Source: Antedon mediterranea (Eukaryota; Animalia; Echinodermata). From it: a stretch of 64,000 nt of DNA. Numbering within the stretch: the first letter of the stretch is position 1; each line of letters opens with the position of its first letter. A program made the translations under genes and the position numbers. The stretch spans positions 9,114,001 through 9,178,000 of the forward strand of contig NC_092674.1 of the NCBI RefSeq assembly GCF_964355755.1, written 5' to 3'. Shown in pieces: positions 11,141-22,085 of the stretch. The notes beneath the pieces are model-generated. The model was not told the DNA's origin. It saw only the letters and a program-made list of their open reading frames with translations, and made no database searches.

Positions 11141-13522
11141 TTTCTTTTTTTAATTCATTTTAAATTATCCTATTTTGTATTGTTTTTTTTTCCAATAGAG
11201 CATACAGTTAAAAGTATTGTAAATCAATTAAGTTTCTTCAACAAAACCTGTTGCTAGACATTCTATACAAACAATAAATCATAAACAATAAATCATAAAT
11301 AATAAATACTGTACATTGTAATAACTTTGTATGTAATTCTAAAAATGTCTACAGCACATACAAAGAGGTATGTTTACTGCAAAGTTGAATAAATGGAGTT
11401 ATATACAGTACCTCCATGGTTGAATACAATGTTAATAAAAATAAAATGAAAAACATTTTTTAAGAAGCTAATAAAAATTCCTCAGGAATTGACAGGTTTA
11501 TTTACTACATATCATTTGCATTTTCCCATTATATTATATTAACCCAGCTGCCATTATTAATATTAAAATTTTGATTTAAGTGTCATTGTGGGTGTCATTG
11601 TCATTTATAGTAGCAGGTACAGTAGCTCAAACCAGTAGCTATAATAATATCCTCTTCTTTATGGACACAAGACCAAGGTTACACCCTTGCCTTCAGCCTC
11701 CTTCAGGGCCTTTTTGGTTATTATCATACCACCATCAGGGTCATGATAGTTAGGAGTACACTAGGCCTAGAACAGGTAAATTAAAAGGTCTTTTATTCCA
11801 AAAGATACAAGCTATAGGGGATACTATGCTCTCAATGAATCCACTGTTTGATTTCATATTTGGTTTCACTGACCTTCGAACTTTGTGAAAACAAAACCCA
11901 TGTACATTAAGATAGATTTCCACCTAAATTAAATGTACCATCCTATCTATAAAAATTTTGTGTTGTTTGTTTTATTCTTTACCTTGTAACATTTGTGCTC
12001 AGGTTAATAAAATTACTGAACTAAAAGAAAATAATGATTTGTGCGGTTGTTTATGCATAAACTGTAACTGTGTCTATTTTTTTTTTGTTAAAGCTGGACT
12101 CGCACTGTATTTTCAACAATTGTCACATACTGTAAATTGCTAAAAGAAGTTCAGTTTTTCTTTTTTTTCATTATTAAAATAATATCAAAGATAAGCCTAC
12201 TCTACAGTAAGCCTAATTATGAATTAGACTACTGTATTTATTATATTTAATTCATTAAATTTACTGTATAATAGCAAAAAGAGCTGTAAAATAGTTATTG
12301 TACTAACAAATATTTATGTGTAGGGCTAAACATCACGTATTCAAACACATTATAGGCAAGTTATTTTATAGCCTCAGCTCATCAAATCAATACCACCCCA
12401 TGTCAAATGTAGTTCTCTAAGGGACATTTTAAAATGAAATGTTTTGATTTTAATAAATACTGTAGGCCTACAAGAAACATTTTAAATTGAGAGGTTGTTG
12501 TTCTACTAGCCTGCAGTGTAAAATGAGTCAGGTAACAAATGTTGCTTGTTGATTGATAATGTGATGGTGGGCATATTTGTCTGAAATTTCAGATGTTTTG
12601 AAGTTGACCAGAAAATTCTTAAGTCCTTAATAATAATGTTATTAATACCACTAATGCATAGCACATTTGAATCATTTGCTGTAGTGTACAGTATTTAAAA
12701 AAACAGTTTCAGCAAAATAATAATAATAAACTAAACAAAATCTGTATCTATCTTTTATATAACATCTGTCTTTTATAATAAAGAAATATGGAATAAAAAT
12801 GATACACAGTTCAGTATGTAATATTGCACATTATTTCACAAATTTAATTGAATTAAAAACTTTTAGTTGCTTGCCTTGCTAAAATATTTTAGCAGCAGAA
12901 AGGCTTTATGAAGTTGGCCTACTAAAACATGAGCCACAACTTTTTTTCAGGTTGGCCAATGAACTTGACAACTGTGTAACTGTAAGGTAAATTTTTAAAC
13001 TCCAATAAATTTTGTTGGTTTGAAATTCATTGGTGAATTACAGCTTGTACATTAATGAACTTTCTCTCACTTTCAAAGCTGATAAACCTTATTAATTATC
13101 AATTAACAGATTAATTAGTTCATTATTAGTGTCATTTGCAGTAGGTGGTAACTTCTACAGACAGTATAGTGGTGCTTTTTAAAAACAGCTACATACAGTA
13201 ACTTGCATTGTTTTGTTTTTTAAAATTGCTCCTTTATTATGAAACTTTATGAAAAGTTCTGGGACGTCCCCGAACATTCATTCATCATTACTTAACAAGT
13301 TTTCAAATGCTATCTGTTTAAAATGTAGTGGATCTTTAGAGGATACAATTTACAGGGTTACAATGAGACTGTACTGTACAGTAGTGACTTTCAGATAATT
13401 ACTAGATTCTCTGTACCTGCCTACAGCAAACCTTTTTTGAGATCTCCTGATCAAAACTATCCTTTCTAATAGGCTTAAAGTATTGTACCTCCTACAGTAA
13501 TCAAAAGAAAACAATTAATAGT

Positions 13523-13795
13523 TTAAGGATACGAGAACATAAAGGCGTAATTATGTAATCAAAATTAATTGATACGAGTCTCCTTACAGGAAAGTATAGG
13601 AATTAATTTTTCAATTAATAATTATACAATTATTTTCCTGGTCAAATTTATTTAGTAATTTGAGGATACGGGAACATACAGGCATAATTATGTAATAAAA
13701 ATTAATTTATATGAGTCTCCTTACAGGAAAGTATAGGAAGTAATTTTTCAATTAATAATTACAATTATTTTCCTGGTTAAATTTATTTAGTAATT
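13523..13795. repeat. Tandem duplication of an approximately 137-bp unit
   Basis: aggatacg...gagtctccttacaggaaagtatagg...atttatttagtaatt occurs twice (13526 and 13663) with few substitutions. Confidence 0.9.
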
Positions 13796-15284
13796 AGAAA
13801 CAAATTAATTTAAAATTGACACACATGTCAAGCTGAATAATTATTGTACCACATTTAAAATAATTGGACACTGTGAACTAAGCATTACAGCAAACCATGC
13901 TATGAATTCTAAAATTTACTAGTTGAGAAATCACTTTTTGAGCCAGATTACGACAATGCAATGGATGGAGCATTTATTCTTCAACATGTCTGTTGTAAGA
14001 AGTTCCCACCAACTAGATTACTAGATTATTTCCTTGCAGTTAATACTGACATGCAGGAATATTGACATTCATAGCATATTAATTAATTACATCAATTAAC
14101 ACTAACATATAGCTGTATCCTTCTGGAAGTTTTTCAATGAACAGCAGATGTATTCAATTGCTTTAGAGAACTACATGTTATGTTTTTAACAAGTTTCCAG
14201 ACTTAGTTTTGAGAGAAATTGGATGGCCACAGTTTCCAGTTAATTTATAATTAGTATATAGAAGTACAAAATGTTATTAAGAACCATTATACTTTAAAAT
14301 ATTTTTTTTTAAAGATTTTAAAATTAAATTGTTCAATCAAGGTACTGTAGATCTACAGTACAGTAATAACTGAATTTCAAGAATGGCTGGTACTTTTGTA
14401 GATATTTTTATACATTTAATGTAGGATAGTCATTACTCGAATTATTTTAGTTTACAATGTGGTATTACTTTACGCTGGGTGTGACCAAAATGGTACATAA
14501 CTAAGCAGGGGGAAGGGTTTAAAACTCTATCTGATTGGCTAATTTGGAATAACCATACTGTGAGCGAACATTCCTTTAGTTGGATACATTTTGAACTATT
14601 AATAATACTACTGTAGTGTATTGGTGTTAGTCAATACTTTCAATGATTGTTATATGACTTTTTTCTGGACAGTTTTATTTACTGTATTCCATTGAAGTTG
14701 AGTCTTCTCTAAATGGTCTTACAAACATTTGAATGTCCCTCAGGGTCAGAGGTCACATTCCAAAACACAACTGCAATAAAATTTCATCTTTTGCATTCTG
14801 TGAGCCAGATTTCTTTTTTAAGTAGACAATTTTTTTTAAAGTAAACAACATATTAAAAACAATGAGTCTAATTCTATTAATCTTTATCCAATAATTTCTT
14901 AAGTTGTTTCAAATTAAGCTCCAAAATGTACATCTTATCCACATCTGTATGTGACAGTATAGCTTAAATTTCTTTACGAACAGTTTGTGGCTTCAGGGAG
15001 GATTTTTCTTAATATCATGTTTGGTTTTAATTTTGTGGGTTTGCGGTCTACGGTATGAATCATGTTATTTCTGCACATAATATGTACAGAAAAAGCACGA
15101 ACAAAAACATTAATGTAATATGTAAGACCAACATAATATTCATAGTAATTGTTCATTTGAAAATAGGCAAAAAACGGGAGAATAGGAATTTAATATATCC
15201 CCTTCCAGAAAATTGCTGTAATACCCCACAGTACTGTAGTACCACACCAGATGTTAAAAAATGTACCAAGGAGGGTAAGATACC

Positions 15285-15482
15285 TGTAATGATAGCATAT
15301 AGTTAAGGCTATGGTATTGTAAGTATAGAGTGAGCCCTCTATAGTTAGTGTACAGTTGAGTGAGCAATGCCTCATGGCATCACTTGATGTAGGAGAACCA
15401 AGATGGTTGAGATGTAATAAATGAAACACTAATCAAGTCACGACTACTACCTATCTTTATTAAATAAACAAGTAACATTACA
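15285..15482 (+). repeat. 5' LTR (198 bp, TGTAATG...CATTACA)
   Basis: Matches 19633-19830 base for base by eye; TG...CA ends with terminal inverted repeat; contains AATAAA. Confidence 0.95.
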
Positions 15483-15493
15483 TGGTGTCAGAA
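15483..15493 (+). promoter_or_regulatory. Primer-binding site TGGTGTCAGAA (tRNA-Leu 3' end complement)
   Basis: Immediately follows the 5' LTR and abuts the gag ATG at 15493. Confidence 0.8.
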
Positions 15494-18400
15494 TGAATGG
15501 ATTAAAACCTCCAGAATCTTTGAAAGTAAGTGTCAGTAATAATATGGCAGAAGAATGGAGAAAATGGAGTCAACGTTTTGGGTTGTACATTACAGCTAGT
15601 GGCCTAGATAGAAAGCCAGCAAAGGTAAAGTGTAGTACACTATTGCATGTAATAGGCGAGGAGGCACTAGACATATTCAACACATTTGTATTTACAGCTG
15701 ACGATGATGCTGAAGATGTAGAGGTAATTCTTCAGAAATTTAAAGCACATTTTGAGCCCCAAAGGAACATAACGTATGAAAGGCATAAGTTTAATACAAG
15801 AATACAAAAGGAAGGTGAAGGGTTTGATCAATTCATAACTGATTTAAGAAGTAAAGCAAGAACGTGTGGATTTGATAATTTACATGATAGCTTAATAAAG
15901 GACAGAATAGTAGTAGGAATTCGAAGTGATACTGTAAGAGAGAGGTTACTTCGTGAAAATGACTTAACGCTACAGAAAGCAGTAGAAATATGCCAAGCTG
16001 CAGAGATTAGCCGCAAACAAAGATGTGTAATGAAAGATGCATCAAAAACGGGCAACAGTGAAGTGATAGAAGAGAGTGAAATAAATAAGCTTAAAACAGA
16101 ATATAAGTACAAAAAAGCTAGTAGTAGTGCTGCTAGTAGTTCATACAATAAAACTGGTGTTATAAGGGATTGTAGGCAATGTGGTAAAACTCATGAGTAT
16201 AAGAATTGTCCAGCATATGGCAAACAATGTAAATCATGTGGAAGAAATAATCATTTTGCTATAAAATGTAGGAGTAAAGATAAAAGAAAGCCATATAGGC
16301 CTAAGAAAAAAAAAATAGAAGTACTAGAAGAAATAGATAGTGATAGTACAAATAGTGATGAAGAGTTCCTAATGGATACATTAGAGAATAAAGATAACAC
16401 CAAAGAATGGTCTGTAAATTTAAAGATCTATAACAGTGATAGCAAACATAAGGTAGTAAAGTTGAAAATTGATACTGGAGCTCAGTGTAATGTGATAACA
16501 GAAAGTATAGTACAAGAATTAAAGATTCCAGTAAATAAAACAAATGCAAGGCTTATAACATATTCTGGTGAAAAGATAAGACCAGTTGGTAAAGTAACAC
16601 TACTCTGTGAAAACAAACATAAATACTATGAATTAGAGTTCCAAGTAATGAATAAAGCAGTTCATCCTGTATTGGGACTGCAGGCTTGTGAAAGACTAAA
16701 CTTAGTGAAGAGAGTAGAAAGAATAGAAACTAATAGTGACTACAATGATTTGAAATCTAAATACGATGTATTTAAAGGGTTAGGTTGTATTGGGGGTGTA
16801 CAAAAGTTGCATGTAAAAGAAGATGCAAAACCGGTAATTCATCCGCCAAGATCAGTACCTATTCCAATAAGAAAGAAAGTATTAAAGGAGTTGAATAATA
16901 TGGAAAGTAAAGGGGTAATAGTGAAACAAAATGACCCTACCCAATGGGTGAGCAGTATGGTAGTAGTTAAAAAAAAAAATAAAGATAGTGTACGTATATG
17001 TATAGATCCAAAAAATTTGAACGACGCTCTTGAAAGACAGCATTACCCAATGAAAACGATAGAAGAAGTAATAACTAAGCTACCTAATGCAAAAGTGTTC
17101 AGCACTTTAGATGCCAGTAGTGGGTATTGGCAAATACAGTTAGATGAGGATAGTTCAAGGTTGTGTACGTTTAATAGTCCTAATGGAAGGTATAGATACA
17201 CTAGATTACCTTTTGGTATTAAGTCAGCCCCTGAGATTTTTCAAAGAGTAATGACCCAAATGTTTGAAGATTTGGAAGGTACAGAAGTCATAATGGATGA
17301 TATTTTAGTATGGGGTATAGATAAGAAACAACATGACGAACGACTTGAGAAAGTTCTCAATCGAGCAAAAGAAAGAAATTTAAAATTAAACCCAGAAAAA
17401 TGTAAATTTGGATTAGATGAAGTAAAATACATTGGTCACACATTAACATCTGAAGGTTTAAAAACAGATGAGAGAAAAGTTAAAGCAGTACAAGAAATGC
17501 ACAAACCTAATAATAAGAAAGAGTTACAACAGTTTCTTGGAATGATAAATTATCTTGGTAAATTTATACCAAATTTAAGTAATGTAACCAAACCATTAAG
17601 ACAACTGTTAGAGAAAAATACTATGTGGCAATGGCAAGCAGAACATGATATTAGTTTTGGACAGTTGCAGCGCTTAGTAACAGAGGCGCCAGTTTTACAA
17701 TATTATGATGTAGAGAAACCGGTGACAGTAAGTGTTGACGCATCAAGCACAGGTATAGGCGCAGTATTATTGCAAGATGGACATCCGATAGCGTTTGCAT
17801 CAAAAGCCTTTACAGAGCCTCAAACAAGATATGCACAGATAGAGAAAGAATTAGCAGCTGTAGTTTTTGGATGTGAGCGTTTCCATCAATATTTGTATGG
17901 CAAAGAATTTATCGTAGAAAGCGACCATAAACCCTTAGAATCGATAATGAAAAAAGCACTAGCACTAACACCACCAAGACTACAGAAAATGTTATTAAAG
18001 CTACAGAAATACAAGCTGGAACTAGTTTATAAGAGAGGCAAAGAGTTGTATATAGCAGATGCATTGAGTAGAAATCATCTACCAGATATAGAAACAGAAC
18101 AGTTTAGCATTCCGCTTTACATGATTAACAACCTACAAATGACAAAAGAAAGACTAGTAGAAATAAAGAATGAAACAGTAAAGGATACAGCTTTAAGTAA
18201 ATTAAAGGACGTAGTAATAAATGGATGGCCAGAGAACAAAGCTATCCTAGAACCAGATGTTAAACCATATTGGGATTATAGAGATGAAATCTTAGTAGAA
18301 GGAGATATGCTATTCAAAAATAACAGATTAATCATACCAGCGACACAACGTAAACTGATGTTGAGTAAATTGCATGCTAGTCACCAAGGTATTGAAAAAA

Positions 18401-19359
18401 CAAAGAAACTTGCACGAGATTTAATCTTCTGGCCAGGAATAAATGCCCAAGTGACAGACACAGTAGGAAAATGTGAAATATGCCTAAAACACCGAATGAA
18501 AAACCAAAAAGAACCAATGGTAGCCCATCAAATACCATCAAGACCATGGCAGAAAGTGGGCATGGACCTATTCACACTAGAAGCTGAGGAATACCTAATA
18601 ATCGTAGACTATTATTCAGGATATTTCGAAATAAACATGTTAAAAAGCACGAAATCTAGCTCAGTTATAAAATTTTGCAAGCAACAATTTGCTAGACATG
18701 GGATACCAGAAGAAGTAATTTCTGATAATGGACCACAATTTGCGTCAATGGAATTTCAAAATTTTGGCAAAGTGTATGATTTTAAACATACAACAGCATC
18801 CCCATTTTATCCGCAAGCAAATGGAAGAGCCGAAAAAGCAGTTCAAACCGCAAAAATGATACTCAAAAAAGCGAGAGAAGATAAACAAGATCCATATTTA
18901 GCGCTATTAAGTTACCGCAATACACCTAGAGATGGATTACCATCACCAGTACAAATGCTAATGGGCCGTAGAACAAAAACACATTTACCAACGTCTACGA
19001 AACTGCTGAAACCAAAAGTAACAAACAACATGAGACAATTAAAACAAAACAAAGCAAAACAAAAGAACTATTACGACAAAGGAACAAAACCGCTAAAGAC
19101 ACTTAAAGTTGGAGATAGAATTTATGTGCGAAAAGATTGTCAGTGGAAACCAGCAACAATCGTTGAGAGACAAGAAAGTCCACGATCATACACAGTTGAA
19201 AGCGATGGAAAATATTATAGACGCAATCGCAGAGATATCATTAAAGTAACAAGTTTGCAGGATTCACAGACATCACATATAATAGAACCAAACACCACAC
19301 AAGAAACACGTCGCTACCCTAAACGCAACAGAAAACAATTGATAAAACTAGATTTGTGA
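15493..19359 (+). CDS. Gag-Pol polyprotein (Gag with two Zn knuckles, aspartic protease, RT, RNase H, integrase), 1288 aa
   Basis: CRQCGKTHEYKNC and CKSCGRNNHFAIKC knuckles; IDTGA protease; LDASSGYWQI, LPFG, VIMDD in RT; DAS...EKE...DHKPL...ADALSR RNase H; HHCC and D-D-E (MDLF, SDNG, AEK) integrase in Gypsy order. Confidence 0.97.
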   Translation: MNGLKPPESLKVSVSNNMAEEWRKWSQRFGLYITASGLDRKPAKVKCSTLLHVIGEEALDIFNTFVFTADDDAEDVEVILQKFKAHFEPQRNITYERHKFNTRIQKEGEGFDQFITDLRSKARTCGFDNLHDSLIKDRIVVGIRSDTVRERLLRENDLTLQKAVEICQAAEISRKQRCVMKDASKTGNSEVIEESEINKLKTEYKYKKASSSAASSSYNKTGVIRDCRQCGKTHEYKNCPAYGKQCKSCGRNNHFAIKCRSKDKRKPYRPKKKKIEVLEEIDSDSTNSDEEFLMDTLENKDNTKEWSVNLKIYNSDSKHKVVKLKIDTGAQCNVITESIVQELKIPVNKTNARLITYSGEKIRPVGKVTLLCENKHKYYELEFQVMNKAVHPVLGLQACERLNLVKRVERIETNSDYNDLKSKYDVFKGLGCIGGVQKLHVKEDAKPVIHPPRSVPIPIRKKVLKELNNMESKGVIVKQNDPTQWVSSMVVVKKKNKDSVRICIDPKNLNDALERQHYPMKTIEEVITKLPNAKVFSTLDASSGYWQIQLDEDSSRLCTFNSPNGRYRYTRLPFGIKSAPEIFQRVMTQMFEDLEGTEVIMDDILVWGIDKKQHDERLEKVLNRAKERNLKLNPEKCKFGLDEVKYIGHTLTSEGLKTDERKVKAVQEMHKPNNKKELQQFLGMINYLGKFIPNLSNVTKPLRQLLEKNTMWQWQAEHDISFGQLQRLVTEAPVLQYYDVEKPVTVSVDASSTGIGAVLLQDGHPIAFASKAFTEPQTRYAQIEKELAAVVFGCERFHQYLYGKEFIVESDHKPLESIMKKALALTPPRLQKMLLKLQKYKLELVYKRGKELYIADALSRNHLPDIETEQFSIPLYMINNLQMTKERLVEIKNETVKDTALSKLKDVVINGWPENKAILEPDVKPYWDYRDEILVEGDMLFKNNRLIIPATQRKLMLSKLHASHQGIEKTKKLARDLIFWPGINAQVTDTVGKCEICLKHRMKNQKEPMVAHQIPSRPWQKVGMDLFTLEAEEYLIIVDYYSGYFEINMLKSTKSSSVIKFCKQQFARHGIPEEVISDNGPQFASMEFQNFGKVYDFKHTTASPFYPQANGRAEKAVQTAKMILKKAREDKQDPYLALLSYRNTPRDGLPSPVQMLMGRRTKTHLPTSTKLLKPKVTNNMRQLKQNKAKQKNYYDKGTKPLKTLKVGDRIYVRKDCQWKPATIVERQESPRSYTVESDGKYYRRNRRDIIKVTSLQDSQTSHIIEPNTTQETRRYPKRNRKQLIKLDL

Positions 19360-19616
19360 ACTAAGGGCAGAATAACCCCTAAATTGTGTGCCAGAATAGT
19401 CTACCTCTGAGCACAACATAAACAGCATTATATGTAATGTACTGTATGTATGTTAGGAAAGAGCTTTTGCCTGTTGAGGTTTTGTAAATAAAGATTGTTA
19501 GGATATATGTAAGAGAAGAAAGATGTAATAGTTTTGTTTTGTGAACAAAGGAAAAGATATTGTTAGAGTGTTGTTAGTTAGTAGATTTAGATGAACAGTA
19601 ATTAACTTTTTAATTT

Positions 19617-19632
19617 AAAAAAAAAAGGGAGA
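19617..19632 (+). promoter_or_regulatory. Polypurine tract
   Basis: AAAAAAAAAAGGGAGA directly before the 3' LTR. Confidence 0.85.
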
Positions 19633-19830
19633 TGTAATGATAGCATATAGTTAAGGCTATGGTATTGTAAGTATAGAGTGAGCCCTCTATAGTTAGTGTA
19701 CAGTTGAGTGAGCAATGCCTCATGGCATCACTTGATGTAGGAGAACCAAGATGGTTGAGATGTAATAAATGAAACACTAATCAAGTCACGACTACTACCT
19801 ATCTTTATTAAATAAACAAGTAACATTACA
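19633..19830 (+). repeat. 3' LTR (198 bp)
   Basis: Identical to the 5' LTR; followed by TSD ATACC. Confidence 0.95.
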
Positions 19831-22013
19831 ATACCAAACATGCTTTAAATCAGCTTTCAACAAAACAAACCGAAACATTTTACATATTTACAGTACATTA
19901 TCAATATTAATTTTCTTAAAAAGTCCATTACAGTAAGCAGTTCTAAACTATTTTTACTTAAAAAGATTGATAAAATTCCAATTCAATTTTGATGTGCCAT
20001 AAAAACCTTTGAACTATGATAATATGATTGAAGCAAAAAAACATTTTTTTTTATTTCCAAGATTTCTTGGCATTATAAAGTAATTGTTAACCAAAATGTG
20101 TTCTACTGTAGATAACAGTTGATCTCCAAAAGATAAACAACACATATTTGTGGTATTTTTATTGTAAATACTGTACATTACTTTGGCTGGTAACCAGTAA
20201 AAATAAAACAAAATTAAAGTTTCACTTTTTAAAGAACTACAATTAAAGCAGTTACAGTAGTCTCTCGTAAATTGGTATTTAAACAGGTACAGGTAGATAT
20301 TTTCTCAAAGGTATAAGTATGTTGTGGTTCGCTTCAGTTTGAATTTGTAAATGAATGTACTACAGTAGTAAAGTTAGCACAACTACATTAAGTTCATCAG
20401 AGTTCATTTTGTTTCAAATTAAGCAGTTGAATAGGCATCTTCTACTGGGTTTACCCAGGAGACTTTGGCAAAATGCCACTGCTGTAGTGATATGGTATCT
20501 GATTGATAAAAGCACTATCATTGTCTTCCATATGGCATCAATTGTTTGATAGTCATTCTAACTTTATACTGTATGATGCATTACCGGGTGCATTACCTTT
20601 TCAAACCTTACCCACCCCTTCCCTTCCCATTACCATAAATGAAGCCTACATTTTTTATAGTGCACAATTTAATCATGCATTTTTACAAGTGTCTTTTTCT
20701 AAATTAGGAAAGAGAAACATTCCAAAAAGTAAGAAAATAATTTTTTGAAGGGTTGTAAATAAACAACGGAAGTGTGTGGGTGGAAAAGTTTTCCAAATAG
20801 CTATACTGTATTTCTAATAATGAAGATGTTTTTTTTGTATTTCAACCAGACTACTGTACTACTTGCGAAAGTTACTGTAGGCCAGGCCAACATATAATAA
20901 GTTTTGATAAAATAATAGTAAGATCAGAAGGTGTTCTTTACCATCATCTTTCATCTTGACTTGACAATCGTTTAGAATTAAATTCTGACAATATTGTACT
21001 AAACTGGATGGCATGTAGCCCACCCTCTATTTGCCAGTAGGCCTACTAGATATTATATCATCAAGATATGACATTTATCTATGTGGTGCCAGGATTTCTT
21101 GAGTGGTGACCATTTCACTACAACAGCTTTTTAAAACAAATGAAACTGTTTGATTCTTAAATTTATCTTGTATTTTGGTTACTAATACCAACTGAAGCAT
21201 TAAAACAAAGGTTATTGTTAAAAGTACAGTAGATAAAACTTGTACCAATTTCCTGTCCTTTTTGTTCTAAAACTCTGTCATCTGTAATAATGTAATGAAT
21301 TGAAAGGGATCAATACTTTATTCACATTTTTAAATCACAAGTAAAACAAGAAAGACAAGAACTATAATAAGAATGACTGGTTCCTGAATATTTTCATAGG
21401 TTGCATTTATAATATGACAATAAAATATTATAATACCGTACTGTACTGCAAACTATGCTTGAAAAAAAGAAACAAGGGGGAAAATGAATGGTAATTGTAG
21501 CTACAGTATCTATGAATGTATAAAAAGACCAATCATTTAAATTCAATGATGTACAATCTTCTAATGTAATTTTCAGACAGATTTACACATTCATTTTTAG
21601 ATGGACTGATTTGAGAAGGGTCATTCAACAAGGTCAATACTGAAGGGTTAACAACTTCATTTATTAGAGGGTATAGAATGGGGCCTCGGGGTTATTTTGA
21701 AAATTCTCAAAGTTAATTTGTTATATACTTCTCATACATAATCATGAGAATAACGAACTGTCGTACAGTTACCTTGGCTTTATGTAATAACACTAGACAA
21801 TTTTGCTTATTTACATAATGTTTTTCAAGATAAAAGATAAACGTTTTTACAAATAAATCAAAGAAAATACTTATAAAAAGGTTAATAGTAAAATAGTTAG
21901 GCCTATATGCCTACATAGTACAACTCAGTAATGAGTTTGTTTTCATCTAAAATTTGATATTTTTACAAAATACTAAAATGTCTATCTAACAAGGATTCCT
22001 TAGTTGTACTTAC

Positions 22014-22085
22014 CGCGGCGTTGGCCAATTCGAAAAATACCGCACACACAAGGATACTGAATGCGGCGACTTCCAAAAACTTCAT
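22014..22085 (-). CDS. COL4A1: Collagen IV alpha1-like chain, coding exon 1 (signal peptide MKFLEVAAFSILVCAVFFELANAA)
   Basis: AAACAAAC-ATG context, hydrophobic core with small-residue cleavage region, 72 nt ending GCG|GTAAGT; CpG-rich surroundings; joins exon 10520-10579 in frame. Confidence 0.85.

Larger units (their letters stand above)
15285..19830 (+). mobile_element. Full-length Ty3/Gypsy LTR retrotransposon, Mag-like lineage
   Basis: Identical 198-bp LTRs, TSD ATACC (15280-15284 / 19831-19835), PBS, PPT and one intact gag-pol ORF. Confidence 0.97.

Noticed and set aside
15828-17432. Antisense ORFs within the Gypsy element
   Set aside because: Short shadows of the gag-pol frame
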